This document shows positions 1 to 9,281 of a stretch of DNA of 64,000 nucleotides, piece after piece. Each line of letters opens with the position of its first letter. Position 1 is the stretch's first letter. This DNA is from an uncultured virus (IMG/VR IMGVR_UViG_3300033475_000017) (lineage: Duplodnaviria; Heunggongvirae; Uroviricota; Caudoviricetes). The position numbers and the translations under genes are program-made. The stretch lies in the IMG/VR virus record IMGVR_UViG_3300033475_000017. One strand, 5' to 3'. Under the pieces are notes generated by a model. The model saw only the letters and a list, made by a program, of their open reading frames with translations. It was not told the origin of the DNA and ran no database searches.

Positions 1-671
1 CGGCGTCCAACGTGGCCGCCAATGCGCTGATCGTCATCGCTTCGCCGCTGCCTGGCATCAACACCGTGACGAACCCAGCACCGATCACCAATGGCGTTGA
101 CGCCGAGACGGATGCGGCGTTCCGAGCCCGCTTCGTGCTCTATCTGGGCACGCTGGCCAAGGCGACCAAATCCGCGATCGTCGCCGCCGCGGCCGGCGTG
201 CAGCAGGGGCTGCTGATCAATCCGGTTGAGAACGAGAACCCGCAGGGCGTCACGGTCTCTGGCAGCTTCACGGTGTTCGTAGACGACGGCTCGGGCGACC
301 CGCCGACCAGCCTGATCGACAACGTTTTCACCGCGATTGACGCGGTACGCGCGTTCGGGGTCCAGGCGTTTGCCGCCGGCCCGAATGTGACGACGGCGAC
401 GATCGGGCTGCTGATTCGTGTGGCAGAGAATTTCGTGACAGCAACGGTGATCGCCGCCGTCCAGAATTCGATCGCGGCGTCGACAAACCAACTGGTCGCC
501 GGCGAGACGCTGTATGTCAGCGCGATCATCGAGGCCGCATTGTCGGTGCCAGGGTGCGCGGCGGTGAATGCCCCCACGGTGACGATCAACGGCACCGCTG
601 CTGACTTCACGCCATCCGCCGCATTTGAGATTCGCACGAGCGTGCCGAACATCGCCGTCGGCACATACTGA
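1..671 (+). CDS. Baseplate J-like (wedge) protein, C-terminal part; truncated by window start
   Basis: NG.DAETDAAFRARF motif and VRAFGV motif typical of baseplate J; followed by fibre genes. Confidence 0.85.
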   Translation, partial: ASNVAANALIVIASPLPGINTVTNPAPITNGVDAETDAAFRARFVLYLGTLAKATKSAIVAAAAGVQQGLLINPVENENPQGVTVSGSFTVFVDDGSGDPPTSLIDNVFTAIDAVRAFGVQAFAAGPNVTTATIGLLIRVAENFVTATVIAAVQNSIAASTNQLVAGETLYVSAIIEAALSVPGCAAVNAPTVTINGTAADFTPSAAFEIRTSVPNIAVGTY

Positions 672-687
672 TCCAGGGAGCCGATCG

Positions 688-1287
688 ATGACATCGCTGA
701 CCACGTACTTGGCTGACAAGCTCATTGATCATTCCAATGGCGTCACCGCATACGCGATGCCGACGGTGTGGATAGCACTGATCCGCGCCACAGCCGGCCA
801 GTCGCCGCGATCCGCCGCAGTGACATCCGGCCAGACCACGGTGCCGGCGACGCCCAACGGGCACATGTATCGCTGCTCGGCATCGACCGGCAACACCGGG
901 AGCGCGGAACCGACATGGCCGACCACACCCGGCGGTACGGTGACAGATGGCGGTGTGACCTGGACCGAAATGACGCCAGACTTTCAGGCGAACAACACCA
1001 ACATCACCAGCAATGAGGCGAACTATACCGGCTATGCGCGGGCGGCGCTCGCCGGCCTGATGGGCGCTGCGGCGAACGAGAGCGCGTCGAATTCCGCAGC
1101 GATCGGCTTCCCGGCCTGCACAGGTGGGACGAATGCCATGGGCGGTTGGGTGTCGTACGATGCTTCGACGGCTGGGAATGCGCTGAAGTGGGCAGTGGTC
1201 AACGCGCCGACCACAGCCCCGCTCGCCGTGTCCACCGGTATCACACCATCGTTCGCCGCCGGCGTGTTGACAACGCAGCAGTCGTAA
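688..1287 (+). CDS. Tail-associated protein with an inserted carbohydrate-binding-like module
   Basis: ATG at 688 after GGGAG; N-terminal 'YLADKLIDH..VWIAL' and 'E..YTGYAR' tail-protein pattern; insert 'HMYRC..TGSAEPTWPTTPGGTVTDGGVTW'. Confidence 0.65.
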   Translation: MTSLTTYLADKLIDHSNGVTAYAMPTVWIALIRATAGQSPRSAAVTSGQTTVPATPNGHMYRCSASTGNTGSAEPTWPTTPGGTVTDGGVTWTEMTPDFQANNTNITSNEANYTGYARAALAGLMGAAANESASNSAAIGFPACTGGTNAMGGWVSYDASTAGNALKWAVVNAPTTAPLAVSTGITPSFAAGVLTTQQS

Positions 1288-1300
1288 ACAGTCCGCGGCC

Positions 1301-2554
1301 GTGACGAACCTCGTCGCCAGTTACACACCGGGCGTAGAGCGGAATGACTTCGGCGAATATGCTGGGATGCAATTCAAGCCCAGCGTAGCAATGTTGGTGT
1401 CGCAGCTTGGTTGTCGAATGGCGACTGGCAATACCAGCATGACCGTCGTCTTGACCGACGTGACTGGTGCCACAATTCTAGCATCTGCTGTGGTCTCTTT
1501 CTTAGGCGGGACGGTCGGCAATTTCTACTATGCGCCGATTAGTCCGATCACCTTGGCATCTGGGACGGCGTATTGTCTTTTCGCCGAAGTGTCCATCGGC
1601 GGCCCGATGTGGGCGGACTCTGGCCCGGTCACGCTGAACAACGCTACCGCCGTGGCGGCTGCTGCCGAAGATAATCTTGGCGGGACTTTTTTACAAAATC
1701 CCAATGAGTCCTATGTGGGCGTCGATCTCGTCATCGGAAGCACTGGCAACCTAACCGGCACCGCCGTTGCCACATCCACCGCGACAGGCATCCTATCCGG
1801 TAAGGGCGCGCTGACCGGAACCGCGACCGCTACGTCAACGGCCGGCGGCGCACTGGCCGGGCGCGGCGCACTGGCCGGGACGTCGACAGCAACATCAACA
1901 GCCACAGGGGCCCTCACCGGCCGCGGCGCTATAGCTGGCACAGCCACCGGAGCATCCGCCGCCGCTGGCATCCTGACGGGGCGCGGCGCGCTATCCGGCA
2001 CGGCTGTTGCGGGCTCATCAGCAACCGGTGTGCTGACGGGATCGACTGGCACCAGGCCCCCTGTCATTCCGGCACCAGTTTCACCGATGTTGCGAGTGCT
2101 ATCCGTTTCGGACATGGTGCGGGTCGTAGCTGTGTCCTCGGTTGCGCGTGTGGTAGAGGCGCCTGTCATGTCAACAGTCACACCGATCCGCCTGCCCAGC
2201 ATGATCCAGGGGTCAAACGACACCCGCGGCATCGATACGTTCCCATCGCTCCGGATCGAGGGCGATACGGTGGTGTCGATCACGGGCATCACGGTGACCC
2301 GACGGGATGGCACAGCAACGGGCGACAACGATCTAAAGATCACACCCCAGGGCTTTGCAGCGCCATGGATCGCCGCCAGCCCGAACCCCAATGCCAACAG
2401 CGCGCTGACGGTGGTGAACTGGTGGCAGGGGGCCGGCGCGTCGATCGCGGCCGCGGGTGCGGTGGACTATGAGCTGCAGGTGTCGTTTCTGACCACGGCC
2501 GGGCGGCCGCTGATATACACCGCCTACCAGCTTGTTTCGCCAACGCTGGGATAA
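1301..2554 (+). CDS. Tail fibre/adaptor protein: DUF4082-like N-domain, 20-aa tandem repeats, C-terminal adaptor domain
   Basis: GMQF...PITLASGTAY pattern; about five G/A/T-rich repeats; location in baseplate cluster. Confidence 0.6.
   Translation: MTNLVASYTPGVERNDFGEYAGMQFKPSVAMLVSQLGCRMATGNTSMTVVLTDVTGATILASAVVSFLGGTVGNFYYAPISPITLASGTAYCLFAEVSIGGPMWADSGPVTLNNATAVAAAAEDNLGGTFLQNPNESYVGVDLVIGSTGNLTGTAVATSTATGILSGKGALTGTATATSTAGGALAGRGALAGTSTATSTATGALTGRGAIAGTATGASAAAGILTGRGALSGTAVAGSSATGVLTGSTGTRPPVIPAPVSPMLRVLSVSDMVRVVAVSSVARVVEAPVMSTVTPIRLPSMIQGSNDTRGIDTFPSLRIEGDTVVSITGITVTRRDGTATGDNDLKITPQGFAAPWIAASPNPNANSALTVVNWWQGAGASIAAAGAVDYELQVSFLTTAGRPLIYTAYQLVSPTLG
1741..2045 (+). repeat. ~60-bp (20-aa) coding tandem repeat, about 5 copies ((I/A)L(S/T/A)G(K/R)GAL.GT....S.A.G)
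   Basis: Visible in translation of 1301..2554. Confidence 0.85.
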
Positions 2555-2559
2555 GCGCC

Positions 2560-3330
2560 ATGGCATCGACGCCCACCATCATCCCGACACTGACGCCGGC
2601 ACAGTTCGCGCAGCGGCTGGGCGCGCTATTCCCAGACGGCTGGGCCAGTGCCGATGCTGTGAAAGGCGGCGCGGCGTTCGCGTTCCTGTTGGCTCTAAGC
2701 CAGGGCCTGACGGCTGTGCTCGGCCAGGTGCAGTATGCCGACCGGGCGGTTCTGGTGGGGACCGAGACGGCGCCAGAGCTGGACCTTGCGGCACAGGATT
2801 TCTATGGCAGCGGGATGCCGCGGCCGCCGGGCATGTCGGACGCCGCCTATGCCAACCAGATCCTGTCTGGCCTGTTCCGATCGGCGGCGACCCGAGCTGC
2901 CCTGTCGGCGGCGCTGGCGGCGCTGACCGGCAGCGTGCCGCGGATGATTGAGCCATGGAACCCGGGCGATACTGGCGCGACGGATGCGGTCAGTTTCCTG
3001 GACGTGGACACGATCAACAACCCGATGCTGGTGTCAGGCGAGGAACGATATACCGGGTTCATCGAGACGGCGCCCGCCGCCGGCATCGCGCCGCTGTCGG
3101 GCAACGCGGTCCCTACGCTGGATGATGGGCTGTGGATCGATGTCGCCGGCAGCCTTGTGGCCGACATCGAAAGCGGCTCTGCCAGCAGCATCTACGCCCT
3201 GATCAATCAGATCCGCGCATTCGGCATCACGATCGGCGTCAAGATCGTGGGCGCCAATTCGTTGCCAACACCAGCACAGGTAGCGATCTACGACGAGTCC
3301 CGATATAACACGGGCGTCGTTTACGGCTGA
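2560..3330 (+). CDS. Baseplate wedge protein (gpI/gp48-like)
   Basis: 'LDLAAQDFYG..MPR..GMSDAAYA..I' motif; lies between baseplate J and tail fibre. Confidence 0.7.
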   Translation: MASTPTIIPTLTPAQFAQRLGALFPDGWASADAVKGGAAFAFLLALSQGLTAVLGQVQYADRAVLVGTETAPELDLAAQDFYGSGMPRPPGMSDAAYANQILSGLFRSAATRAALSAALAALTGSVPRMIEPWNPGDTGATDAVSFLDVDTINNPMLVSGEERYTGFIETAPAAGIAPLSGNAVPTLDDGLWIDVAGSLVADIESGSASSIYALINQIRAFGITIGVKIVGANSLPTPAQVAIYDESRYNTGVVYG

Positions 3331-3349
3331 ACAACGTTCGGGGCCCACT

Positions 3350-4738
3350 ATGAACCGCAGCATATGGTACTCGCAGCAACAGTGGCGCTCGTTCGACATC
3401 ACGGCATTTGAACACGATGTGCTGATGGCGCTCGCTGCGACCACGCAAGAACTGCTGGGCAGCACAACGACAGTCATCGCCGGAATTTCAGCGACGCAGA
3501 CCAGCCCCGCGTCGCTGACCATCAATCTGTCCGGCGGGAATATCTACCAGTTGGCCGATGCCGATGCGGTCGCTGTGGGCACGATCCCACAAGACACCAC
3601 CACGATCATGCAACAGGGCGAGTACGACGGCGGCCAGCTCACATTCAGCGCGGCCAGCATTCCGGCGGGGCAAAGTCAGTATTTCCTCGTGCAAGCACAG
3701 TTCAGCCAGTCGGACGTGGTGCGAAGCGGTGACCCGAACGGAGGCGTGTCGCCGTTCTACAACACCGCGAACCCCGCCCAACCGCTGAACGGGCAGGGCG
3801 GTCTTGGGAATGTTTCGCCGAGTGAACGGCAGGGGAAGTGTATCGTCCAGGTCATTTCTGGCGTGGCTGCCACCACTGGGTCTGAGACGCCGCCCACGCC
3901 AACGGGCGGCTGGGTGCCGCTCTACCTGATCGTCCTGACCAACGGCCAGACACAGATCACCAACGCCGAGATCCTGACCGCCGGGCCGAGCGTCGGTGTC
4001 AATGTGCCAACCAACTATCCCTTTGCACCGTTTCTTGCCGGGCTGCTGAACAGCCACCACAGCGGCAATCCAGGGCAGGCACCGAAGATCAATCTGGCCA
4101 CCGAGGTACAGGGCGTGCTGCCGGCGGCGAACGTTGCCAAGTCGGGAGGTATGCAGGCATTCACATCGACGGGAAATTTAACCGTTCCGCCGAATATATT
4201 CGCGGTCGAATACGAAGTATGGGGCCCTGGCGGCGGTGGCGGCGGTTCGCTGGGATCGAACAGCGGCGGTGCAGGAGGCAGCGGCGGCGGATATTGCAGA
4301 GGCGTTGCATCAGTCACGCCGGGGCAGGTGATCCTCGTGACGATCGGCACACCAGGCGCGGGCGGCACAACCACCCCAACCAATGGCGGAAACGGCACCA
4401 CATCAAGTTTTGGACCGTTTGGCTCTGCGACTGGCGGCGGTGGCGGCGGGGCTGGAAATGGCGTCGTGTCGGTCTCGGTGGGCGCTCCCGGAAACGGCGC
4501 CGGAGGCGCGGTCACCATCCAGGGTTCTTTGGGCACATTCCCAACAGAACCAGTATCGGGCACGATCAGCGTCGGCCAGGGCGGGTCGGCATTTGGCACC
4601 CCGGCCAATTTGCAGAGCAACACGACGATTGTTAGCAATGGTGTGGCCGGGGTATTCCCGGGTGGCGGCGGCTGCGGCGGTGCTCTAGGTGGTGCTGGCG
4701 GCGCCGGCGCCGGCGGTCTGTGCGTGGTGAAGTGGTAG
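3350..4738 (+). CDS. Tail fibre protein with glycine-rich C-terminal domain
   Basis: 'GWVPLYLI.L.NGQT.I' anchor motif; 'FTSTG.LTVP...WGPGGGGGG' glycine-rich domain. Confidence 0.8.
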   Translation: MNRSIWYSQQQWRSFDITAFEHDVLMALAATTQELLGSTTTVIAGISATQTSPASLTINLSGGNIYQLADADAVAVGTIPQDTTTIMQQGEYDGGQLTFSAASIPAGQSQYFLVQAQFSQSDVVRSGDPNGGVSPFYNTANPAQPLNGQGGLGNVSPSERQGKCIVQVISGVAATTGSETPPTPTGGWVPLYLIVLTNGQTQITNAEILTAGPSVGVNVPTNYPFAPFLAGLLNSHHSGNPGQAPKINLATEVQGVLPAANVAKSGGMQAFTSTGNLTVPPNIFAVEYEVWGPGGGGGGSLGSNSGGAGGSGGGYCRGVASVTPGQVILVTIGTPGAGGTTTPTNGGNGTTSSFGPFGSATGGGGGGAGNGVVSVSVGAPGNGAGGAVTIQGSLGTFPTEPVSGTISVGQGGSAFGTPANLQSNTTIVSNGVAGVFPGGGGCGGALGGAGGAGAGGLCVVKW

Positions 4739-4790
4739 GCGTGGCTCTGGCCAGCACCTGACGCTGTTCCTTTCGCATAGGGGACGAAAC

Positions 4791-5219
4791 ATGTTGTCGC
4801 TTTTCAAATCCGTGGGTAATGGGCTTGGACCCTGGGAGACCCACCACATGACGCAGGAACGGGACCAATTCAACAGCCTGGCCGTCGCATGGGCCGGTGT
4901 TGGCCTTGCCGCTCTGGTGGCACTCGGCACACTGGCCAGCGCCTATTACGAGACCAAGACCAAAGTCGAAGTCACGGGCGTTGTCACGACGGATGACATC
5001 GCCAAGCTGGCCAAGCAGGGCGAGGATCTGACCAAATCGATCAACGCGCTCAACCTGCAGATCGCGCATATGCCGACTACAAGCGCGCTGGAGAATTTGG
5101 CGGCCCGCCTCGATCAGCACACCGGCCAGATTGCGGATCTCTACAATATCACGACCGGGCTCAGGCATGATCTCGACAACCGCGTGCCGTTACCGATGTA
5201 CCGGAACCCGCGGAATTGA
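4791..5219 (+). CDS. Membrane-anchored coiled-coil protein (possible i-spanin or holin)
   Basis: One hydrophobic segment followed by heptad-rich helix; overlaps downstream lipoprotein gene. Confidence 0.5.
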   Translation: MLSLFKSVGNGLGPWETHHMTQERDQFNSLAVAWAGVGLAALVALGTLASAYYETKTKVEVTGVVTTDDIAKLAKQGEDLTKSINALNLQIAHMPTTSALENLAARLDQHTGQIADLYNITTGLRHDLDNRVPLPMYRNPRN

Positions 5220-5458
5220 CCCGGGCGCTCGCCCTCGCGCTGCTGCTGGCGGGCTGTTCCGCGCCTGTGCCACCGGCGTTTCCCGACTGTCCGGCACCTG
5301 TTGCGACACCGGCGGGTGTCCCGAAGCATCCGACCCGGGCACAGACCGACGCGCTGGAGATACGGGTTGAGCTGTGGGCCGAATCTCTACTCCACCGCGG
5401 CAATGCGTGCGCTGATGCGGTTGATGCGCGCGATGCGTGGATCAGGACGCTGAAGTAA
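5216..5458 (+). CDS. Small lipoprotein (possible o-spanin, Rz1-like)
   Basis: Lipobox LAGC, Pro-rich mature region, TTG start overlapping previous stop. Confidence 0.6.
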   Translation: MTRALALALLLAGCSAPVPPAFPDCPAPVATPAGVPKHPTRAQTDALEIRVELWAESLLHRGNACADAVDARDAWIRTLK

Positions 5459-5542
5459 TCGCCCGCGGTTTTGTGTCGCGCTGTTGCGCACCAATGTCCA
5501 TTTCTGATACGTGCCCATGTGGGAACCGAAAGGATCACCCGC

Positions 5543-6070
5543 ATGGCGGCGATCAATTACCAGACCGCTCTGAATTTCGTCTGGCAGCCCGGCTTCGATG
5601 ACCCCAGGGATGGATACCATGTCACGCCAGGCGACGCCGGCGGCGGCACCAAGGGCGGTGTTATCGAGGCCACCTGGGCGGCGGCCGTCGCCAAAGGGCT
5701 TGTGACGGGCACGCTCGCGGACGCGACAAACGACCAGCTTGCGGCCGTCCTGCGTTACGACTGCTGGGGCACCGCATGCGACACGTTGCGTGCCGGCGTG
5801 GACCTGATGCTGTTCAACGGGCGCATGATGTCGGGCGGTTACCCGCGAATCTTCCAGAAATGCCTAGGCGTGTATGTGGACGGCGACATTGGCCCGATCA
5901 CGCTGGCCGTGGCGGCGAAAGCGAACCCCGCCAGCCTGGTTGAAGCGCTGACCACCGCGCACCTGGCATACCTGTCGCAGCTTTCATCTTGGCCCGAGTT
6001 CAAGAACGGCTGGACGCACCGCTGCGAAGCCGCACAGACCGCTGCGATCGCACTGATCGCGCACAAATAG
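5543..6070 (+). CDS. Endolysin, glycoside hydrolase 108-like with C-terminal peptidoglycan-binding region
   Basis: D.GG.T..GV motif, 'VDGDIGPITL', 'F.NGW..R'. Confidence 0.8.
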   Translation: MAAINYQTALNFVWQPGFDDPRDGYHVTPGDAGGGTKGGVIEATWAAAVAKGLVTGTLADATNDQLAAVLRYDCWGTACDTLRAGVDLMLFNGRMMSGGYPRIFQKCLGVYVDGDIGPITLAVAAKANPASLVEALTTAHLAYLSQLSSWPEFKNGWTHRCEAAQTAAIALIAHK

Positions 6071-6084
6071 GAGACACCCGTATC

Positions 6085-6396
6085 ATGAGCGAAACCACAC
6101 CCGTGCAGCCGGCCGCGCCGGTCGCCGTCACGACCACCGAGGGCTTCTGGGCCAAGCTGTACGAGAGCGCCGCCCGCGTGTGGCACACGCTGGTGCAGGC
6201 CGATGCCGAGATCGTCGCGGTCGACAAGGCGCACCCCGAGATCGCGGCCGCGGCGACTGCGCTGGAAGCGATGGCCCCCCCGAACGTGCGCATGGGCATC
6301 GAAACCGCCAATGAGGTCGCCGATGCGGTGAACAACATCATCGTGCATGCCACCGATGCCGGCGTGCCCGCGGCGATGGTTGCGGCCAAGACCTGA
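6085..6396 (+). CDS. Hypothetical protein (lysis region)
   Basis: ORF with AGGAG upstream, tight packing. Confidence 0.6.
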   Translation: MSETTPVQPAAPVAVTTTEGFWAKLYESAARVWHTLVQADAEIVAVDKAHPEIAAAATALEAMAPPNVRMGIETANEVADAVNNIIVHATDAGVPAAMVAAKT

Positions 6397-6448
6397 CCCC
6401 GTTTCTCCACCCCAACCAGACTACCAGCGCCTGAAAGGCACCCACACA

Positions 6449-6811
6449 ATGAAGAATCTTCGTCGCATCGGCATGCTTGTCGGCAGCGTCTCGCTTCTCG
6501 GCTTGGCCGGTTGCTTGGCCGGCTGCTCCAATTCGTCCATCACCAGCGCGCTGTCGTCCCCCGCGGGCCAACTGTTCTGCGCGATCCAGACCAACGGGGG
6601 CGGCACGGCGGTGGTCGGTCTGCTCGACGCCCAGGCGTCCGCAGCAGCGCCGACGTTGGCACCCGTCGCCATCATCGCCACCGGCGCAGCCAAGGCCCAG
6701 GTGGATGCGGACTGCGCCGCAGCGGGCACGGGCGGCATCGCGGTTTCCCCGCCGGCCAATCCCGCCACGGTGCCGCAGATCGCCATCGTCCCACCCAAGC
6801 CGGCGGCCTAA
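6449..6811 (+). CDS. Putative lipoprotein
   Basis: Basic N-terminus, hydrophobic core, tandem LAGC lipoboxes. Confidence 0.65.
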   Translation: MKNLRRIGMLVGSVSLLGLAGCLAGCSNSSITSALSSPAGQLFCAIQTNGGGTAVVGLLDAQASAAAPTLAPVAIIATGAAKAQVDADCAAAGTGGIAVSPPANPATVPQIAIVPPKPAA

Positions 6812-6818
6812 CGCCTAC

Positions 6819-7466
6819 ATGATCCCCACCGATGACGCGCTGATCCTTCTGTCGCAGGACAGCTACAGCGCGTCGCCGGCGGGGGAAGTCTATGACGTCG
6901 GGCCTGACCGGCTCGTCGTCACCAGGCTCCCCGGCGTCATCGTCCTGGCGATCCGTGGCACAGCCAATCTTGCGGGCTGGTGGTTGGACTTTCGGATTTC
7001 ACAGAAGACCATCAGGGCGCATCCCAAGCTCGGGCCGCTGGAAGCCGGGTTCGCCGCCGGTGCCGATGCCATCTATGGCATAGCCGCGCCGCTCGTTGCG
7101 GCCAGCCCTGGCTGCCTGATCGTCATTGTGGGCCATTCTCGCGGCGCCATCATCGCGCCGATCCTGGCCGCTCTATTCGCCGCCGATGGCGTGCGCGTGA
7201 CCTGGTGTTGCTGCATCGAAAAGCCGTGGGGAAACGGTGCCGTGATGCGCGCCCTGCTGGATCAAGCTGGTGTCCGCGGCGTCGAATGGTGGCATGGCGA
7301 TGATCCCGTGCCGCTTGTGCCCGCCGAACTCGGGTTCGTTATGGCCAACTTTCCGATCAAGCATTTCGGTCGGTGGACGCTGGACCCGTTCGACAGTCAC
7401 CTGATGGGTGGCATCGTGGCCGATCTGCATGAAGTCGCCGCACTGCAAGGTGTGCCGGTCGCTTAG
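6819..7466 (+). CDS. Lipase class 3-like alpha/beta hydrolase
   Basis: 'VLAIRGT', nucleophile elbow GHSRG, 'DPVPLVP', C-terminal His. Confidence 0.85.
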   Translation: MIPTDDALILLSQDSYSASPAGEVYDVGPDRLVVTRLPGVIVLAIRGTANLAGWWLDFRISQKTIRAHPKLGPLEAGFAAGADAIYGIAAPLVAASPGCLIVIVGHSRGAIIAPILAALFAADGVRVTWCCCIEKPWGNGAVMRALLDQAGVRGVEWWHGDDPVPLVPAELGFVMANFPIKHFGRWTLDPFDSHLMGGIVADLHEVAALQGVPVA

Positions 7467-7480
7467 GACCGGCCCACTGA

Positions 7481-7741
7481 TCAGCCGTGCCCTGCAGTCG
7501 ATGGACCCGGCATGGCGACGTCCGAAACCGCCTGATCCAGATTGACGATCGCCGTCTGCCGGGCAATGTCGCGCTCGTCCGGATAGCACATCGCAACGCA
7601 GTAGCCGGCGAGCCGCCCGAATACCGCTATGATTTCCATGGTGCGAATCGAAGGGTGCCGTTCGCATGCACGCTTCATCTCCGCAATCATCTCGTCCTTG
7701 AACGCCTCGTGTTCGGCGTTGGTCTTCATTGTGCGCGGCAT
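7481..7741 (-). CDS. Hypothetical protein
   Basis: Last ORF of the leftward operon, overlapping stop/start junction. Confidence 0.6.
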   Translation of the reverse strand: MPRTMKTNAEHEAFKDEMIAEMKRACERHPSIRTMEIIAVFGRLAGYCVAMCYPDERDIARQTAIVNLDQAVSDVAMPGPSTAGHG

Positions 7742-8169
7742 CAGCTTCCCACCTGCTCTTGTGTGCCTTCCCAGACAAATTCATCCAGCGGTCGGTGCTG
7801 GCCGCATGCGCAGCAGAACGTCCCGGTGTAGAACTCCGGACACCTGGCATACGTCTCAGCGATCGACTGCGACATTGTGGTGCGCGTCCCGCAGCCGTTC
7901 CTGCCGGGATTTACCAGAATGGCATAGCCCGATGATGTGGCGAGAAACGTCGCGCCAAGCCCAACATGTAAGTAGGACCGGCGCACCGGCCGCACGAAGC
8001 CCTTGGCCCGCTCGGCTTCGGTAAGAACGACGTATCCCTGTTGCTGCCCGTCCGGCCGCAGCTCGCGGTGAGCGGGCGTGACCGGCGAGCCATCGGTCAA
8101 TACCCGCTGATCGCGGTCCACGGGCGGCGGTAGTTGGTCCAGGCCGAACAGCCTTTTTAAGTTGAGCAC
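7741..8169 (-). CDS. Conserved phage hypothetical protein with Cys motifs
   Basis: 'YVVL.EAERAKGFVRPVRRSY.H..CGT.T...FYTGTFC..C'. Confidence 0.7.
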   Translation of the reverse strand: MLNLKRLFGLDQLPPPVDRDQRVLTDGSPVTPAHRELRPDGQQQGYVVLTEAERAKGFVRPVRRSYLHVGLGATFLATSSGYAILVNPGRNGCGTRTTMSQSIAETYARCPEFYTGTFCCACGQHRPLDEFVWEGTQEQVGS

Positions 8170-8729
8170 GCTTCCATTCCTCTCTTCACTTCGTCCCAGG
8201 ACTTCCAGCCGCGCTCGCGCAACCCGGCGGCATAGTCCACCGGCGGCCGGATCGGGTGCCAGTCCGGATCGCAGAACAACCGCCAGTGCATGACGGTCGC
8301 CTCGTCCTGATCCTCACGCAAAGCCGGCTCATACCACGCGCGATCGGCGTGCGGGTGGAACAGCGCATGCGCCCAGGTCAGCGCCAGCACGTGATCGAAT
8401 GGGGCTCGGGGGATGGCTATGCCAAGCCGCGCGAGGTTCGACAGTGAGCCGGTCAGCATGGGGTCCATGGCCGCTCTTGGCTCGCGGAACGACAGCGATA
8501 GCGCGACGTAGCGGCGCAACTCGAACGGCCGGGGCGTGCCGGTGCCGACGGTCTTCACACCGCACACACGCATCAGGCTGACCATGGTGCCCGTCTGCCA
8601 GTGGAAGACGGAGCACTGATCCTCGTATGCCTGGCGCGACGCGGACGGCTGGATGCCGCCCGACGTGCTGCCCAGCATGGCGTTGGCGCGCATGGTGGAT
8701 GTCACCATGCTGGGGATCGTGACGGTCAT
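8157..8729 (-). CDS. Hypothetical protein
   Basis: In-operon ORF, start coupled to upstream stop. Confidence 0.6.
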   Translation of the reverse strand: MTVTIPSMVTSTMRANAMLGSTSGGIQPSASRQAYEDQCSVFHWQTGTMVSLMRVCGVKTVGTGTPRPFELRRYVALSLSFREPRAAMDPMLTGSLSNLARLGIAIPRAPFDHVLALTWAHALFHPHADRAWYEPALREDQDEATVMHWRLFCDPDWHPIRPPVDYAAGLRERGWKSWDEVKRGMEACST

Positions 8730-9280
8730 CTCCGAGCCAGGACGCCCTGCCAGATCGACGCCAGCGCATCCACCTTCACCGCGCCCGCCAGGATCGGATC
8801 GCTCGGAATGCGCAGCTCGTTCCCGGTGCAGTAGCGGTAGCAGTCGGGGAACGTCTTGGGCGCGTTGGCGTGCACCAGCGCCTTCATTTCTTTCAGCGCA
8901 TCCATCACCCGCGGCGGTTCGATCCACTCCATGCCGGCATCGCGGAATGACCGGCGCAGCACCTTCAGCCAGAAGTCGGCGCTAAACAGCACCAGCGCAT
9001 CGCACTCGGCCAGCTTGGCGGCATAGTCCTCCATCACCGGCCGGATCAGCCTGCCGCGATCGGCGGCGATCTCGCGTGTGATGCCGTGTACCTGGATCGC
9101 CCCGGGCTCGAATGTCCAGTCGGGGTCTGGCCAGATCAAGTCAACCAGCGGGGATGTATCACCATCGGTGCTGATGGTCATCATGGCCATCCTGACCATG
9201 TGGGGCTGGGCCGGATCGTCCGGCTTCAGCTTGAATTGCCACATGCCAGCCGTCTCGGGCGTCACGCAAAGATACCGCAT
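8726..9280 (-). CDS. DnaQ/DEDDh 3'-5' exonuclease-like protein with degenerate active site
   Basis: 'ETAG', 'AIQVHGIT' and overall spacing of the DnaQ family; catalytic residues altered. Confidence 0.7.
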   Translation of the reverse strand: MRYLCVTPETAGMWQFKLKPDDPAQPHMVRMAMMTISTDGDTSPLVDLIWPDPDWTFEPGAIQVHGITREIAADRGRLIRPVMEDYAAKLAECDALVLFSADFWLKVLRRSFRDAGMEWIEPPRVMDALKEMKALVHANAPKTFPDCYRYCTGNELRIPSDPILAGAVKVDALASIWQGVLARR

Positions 9281-9281
9281 T

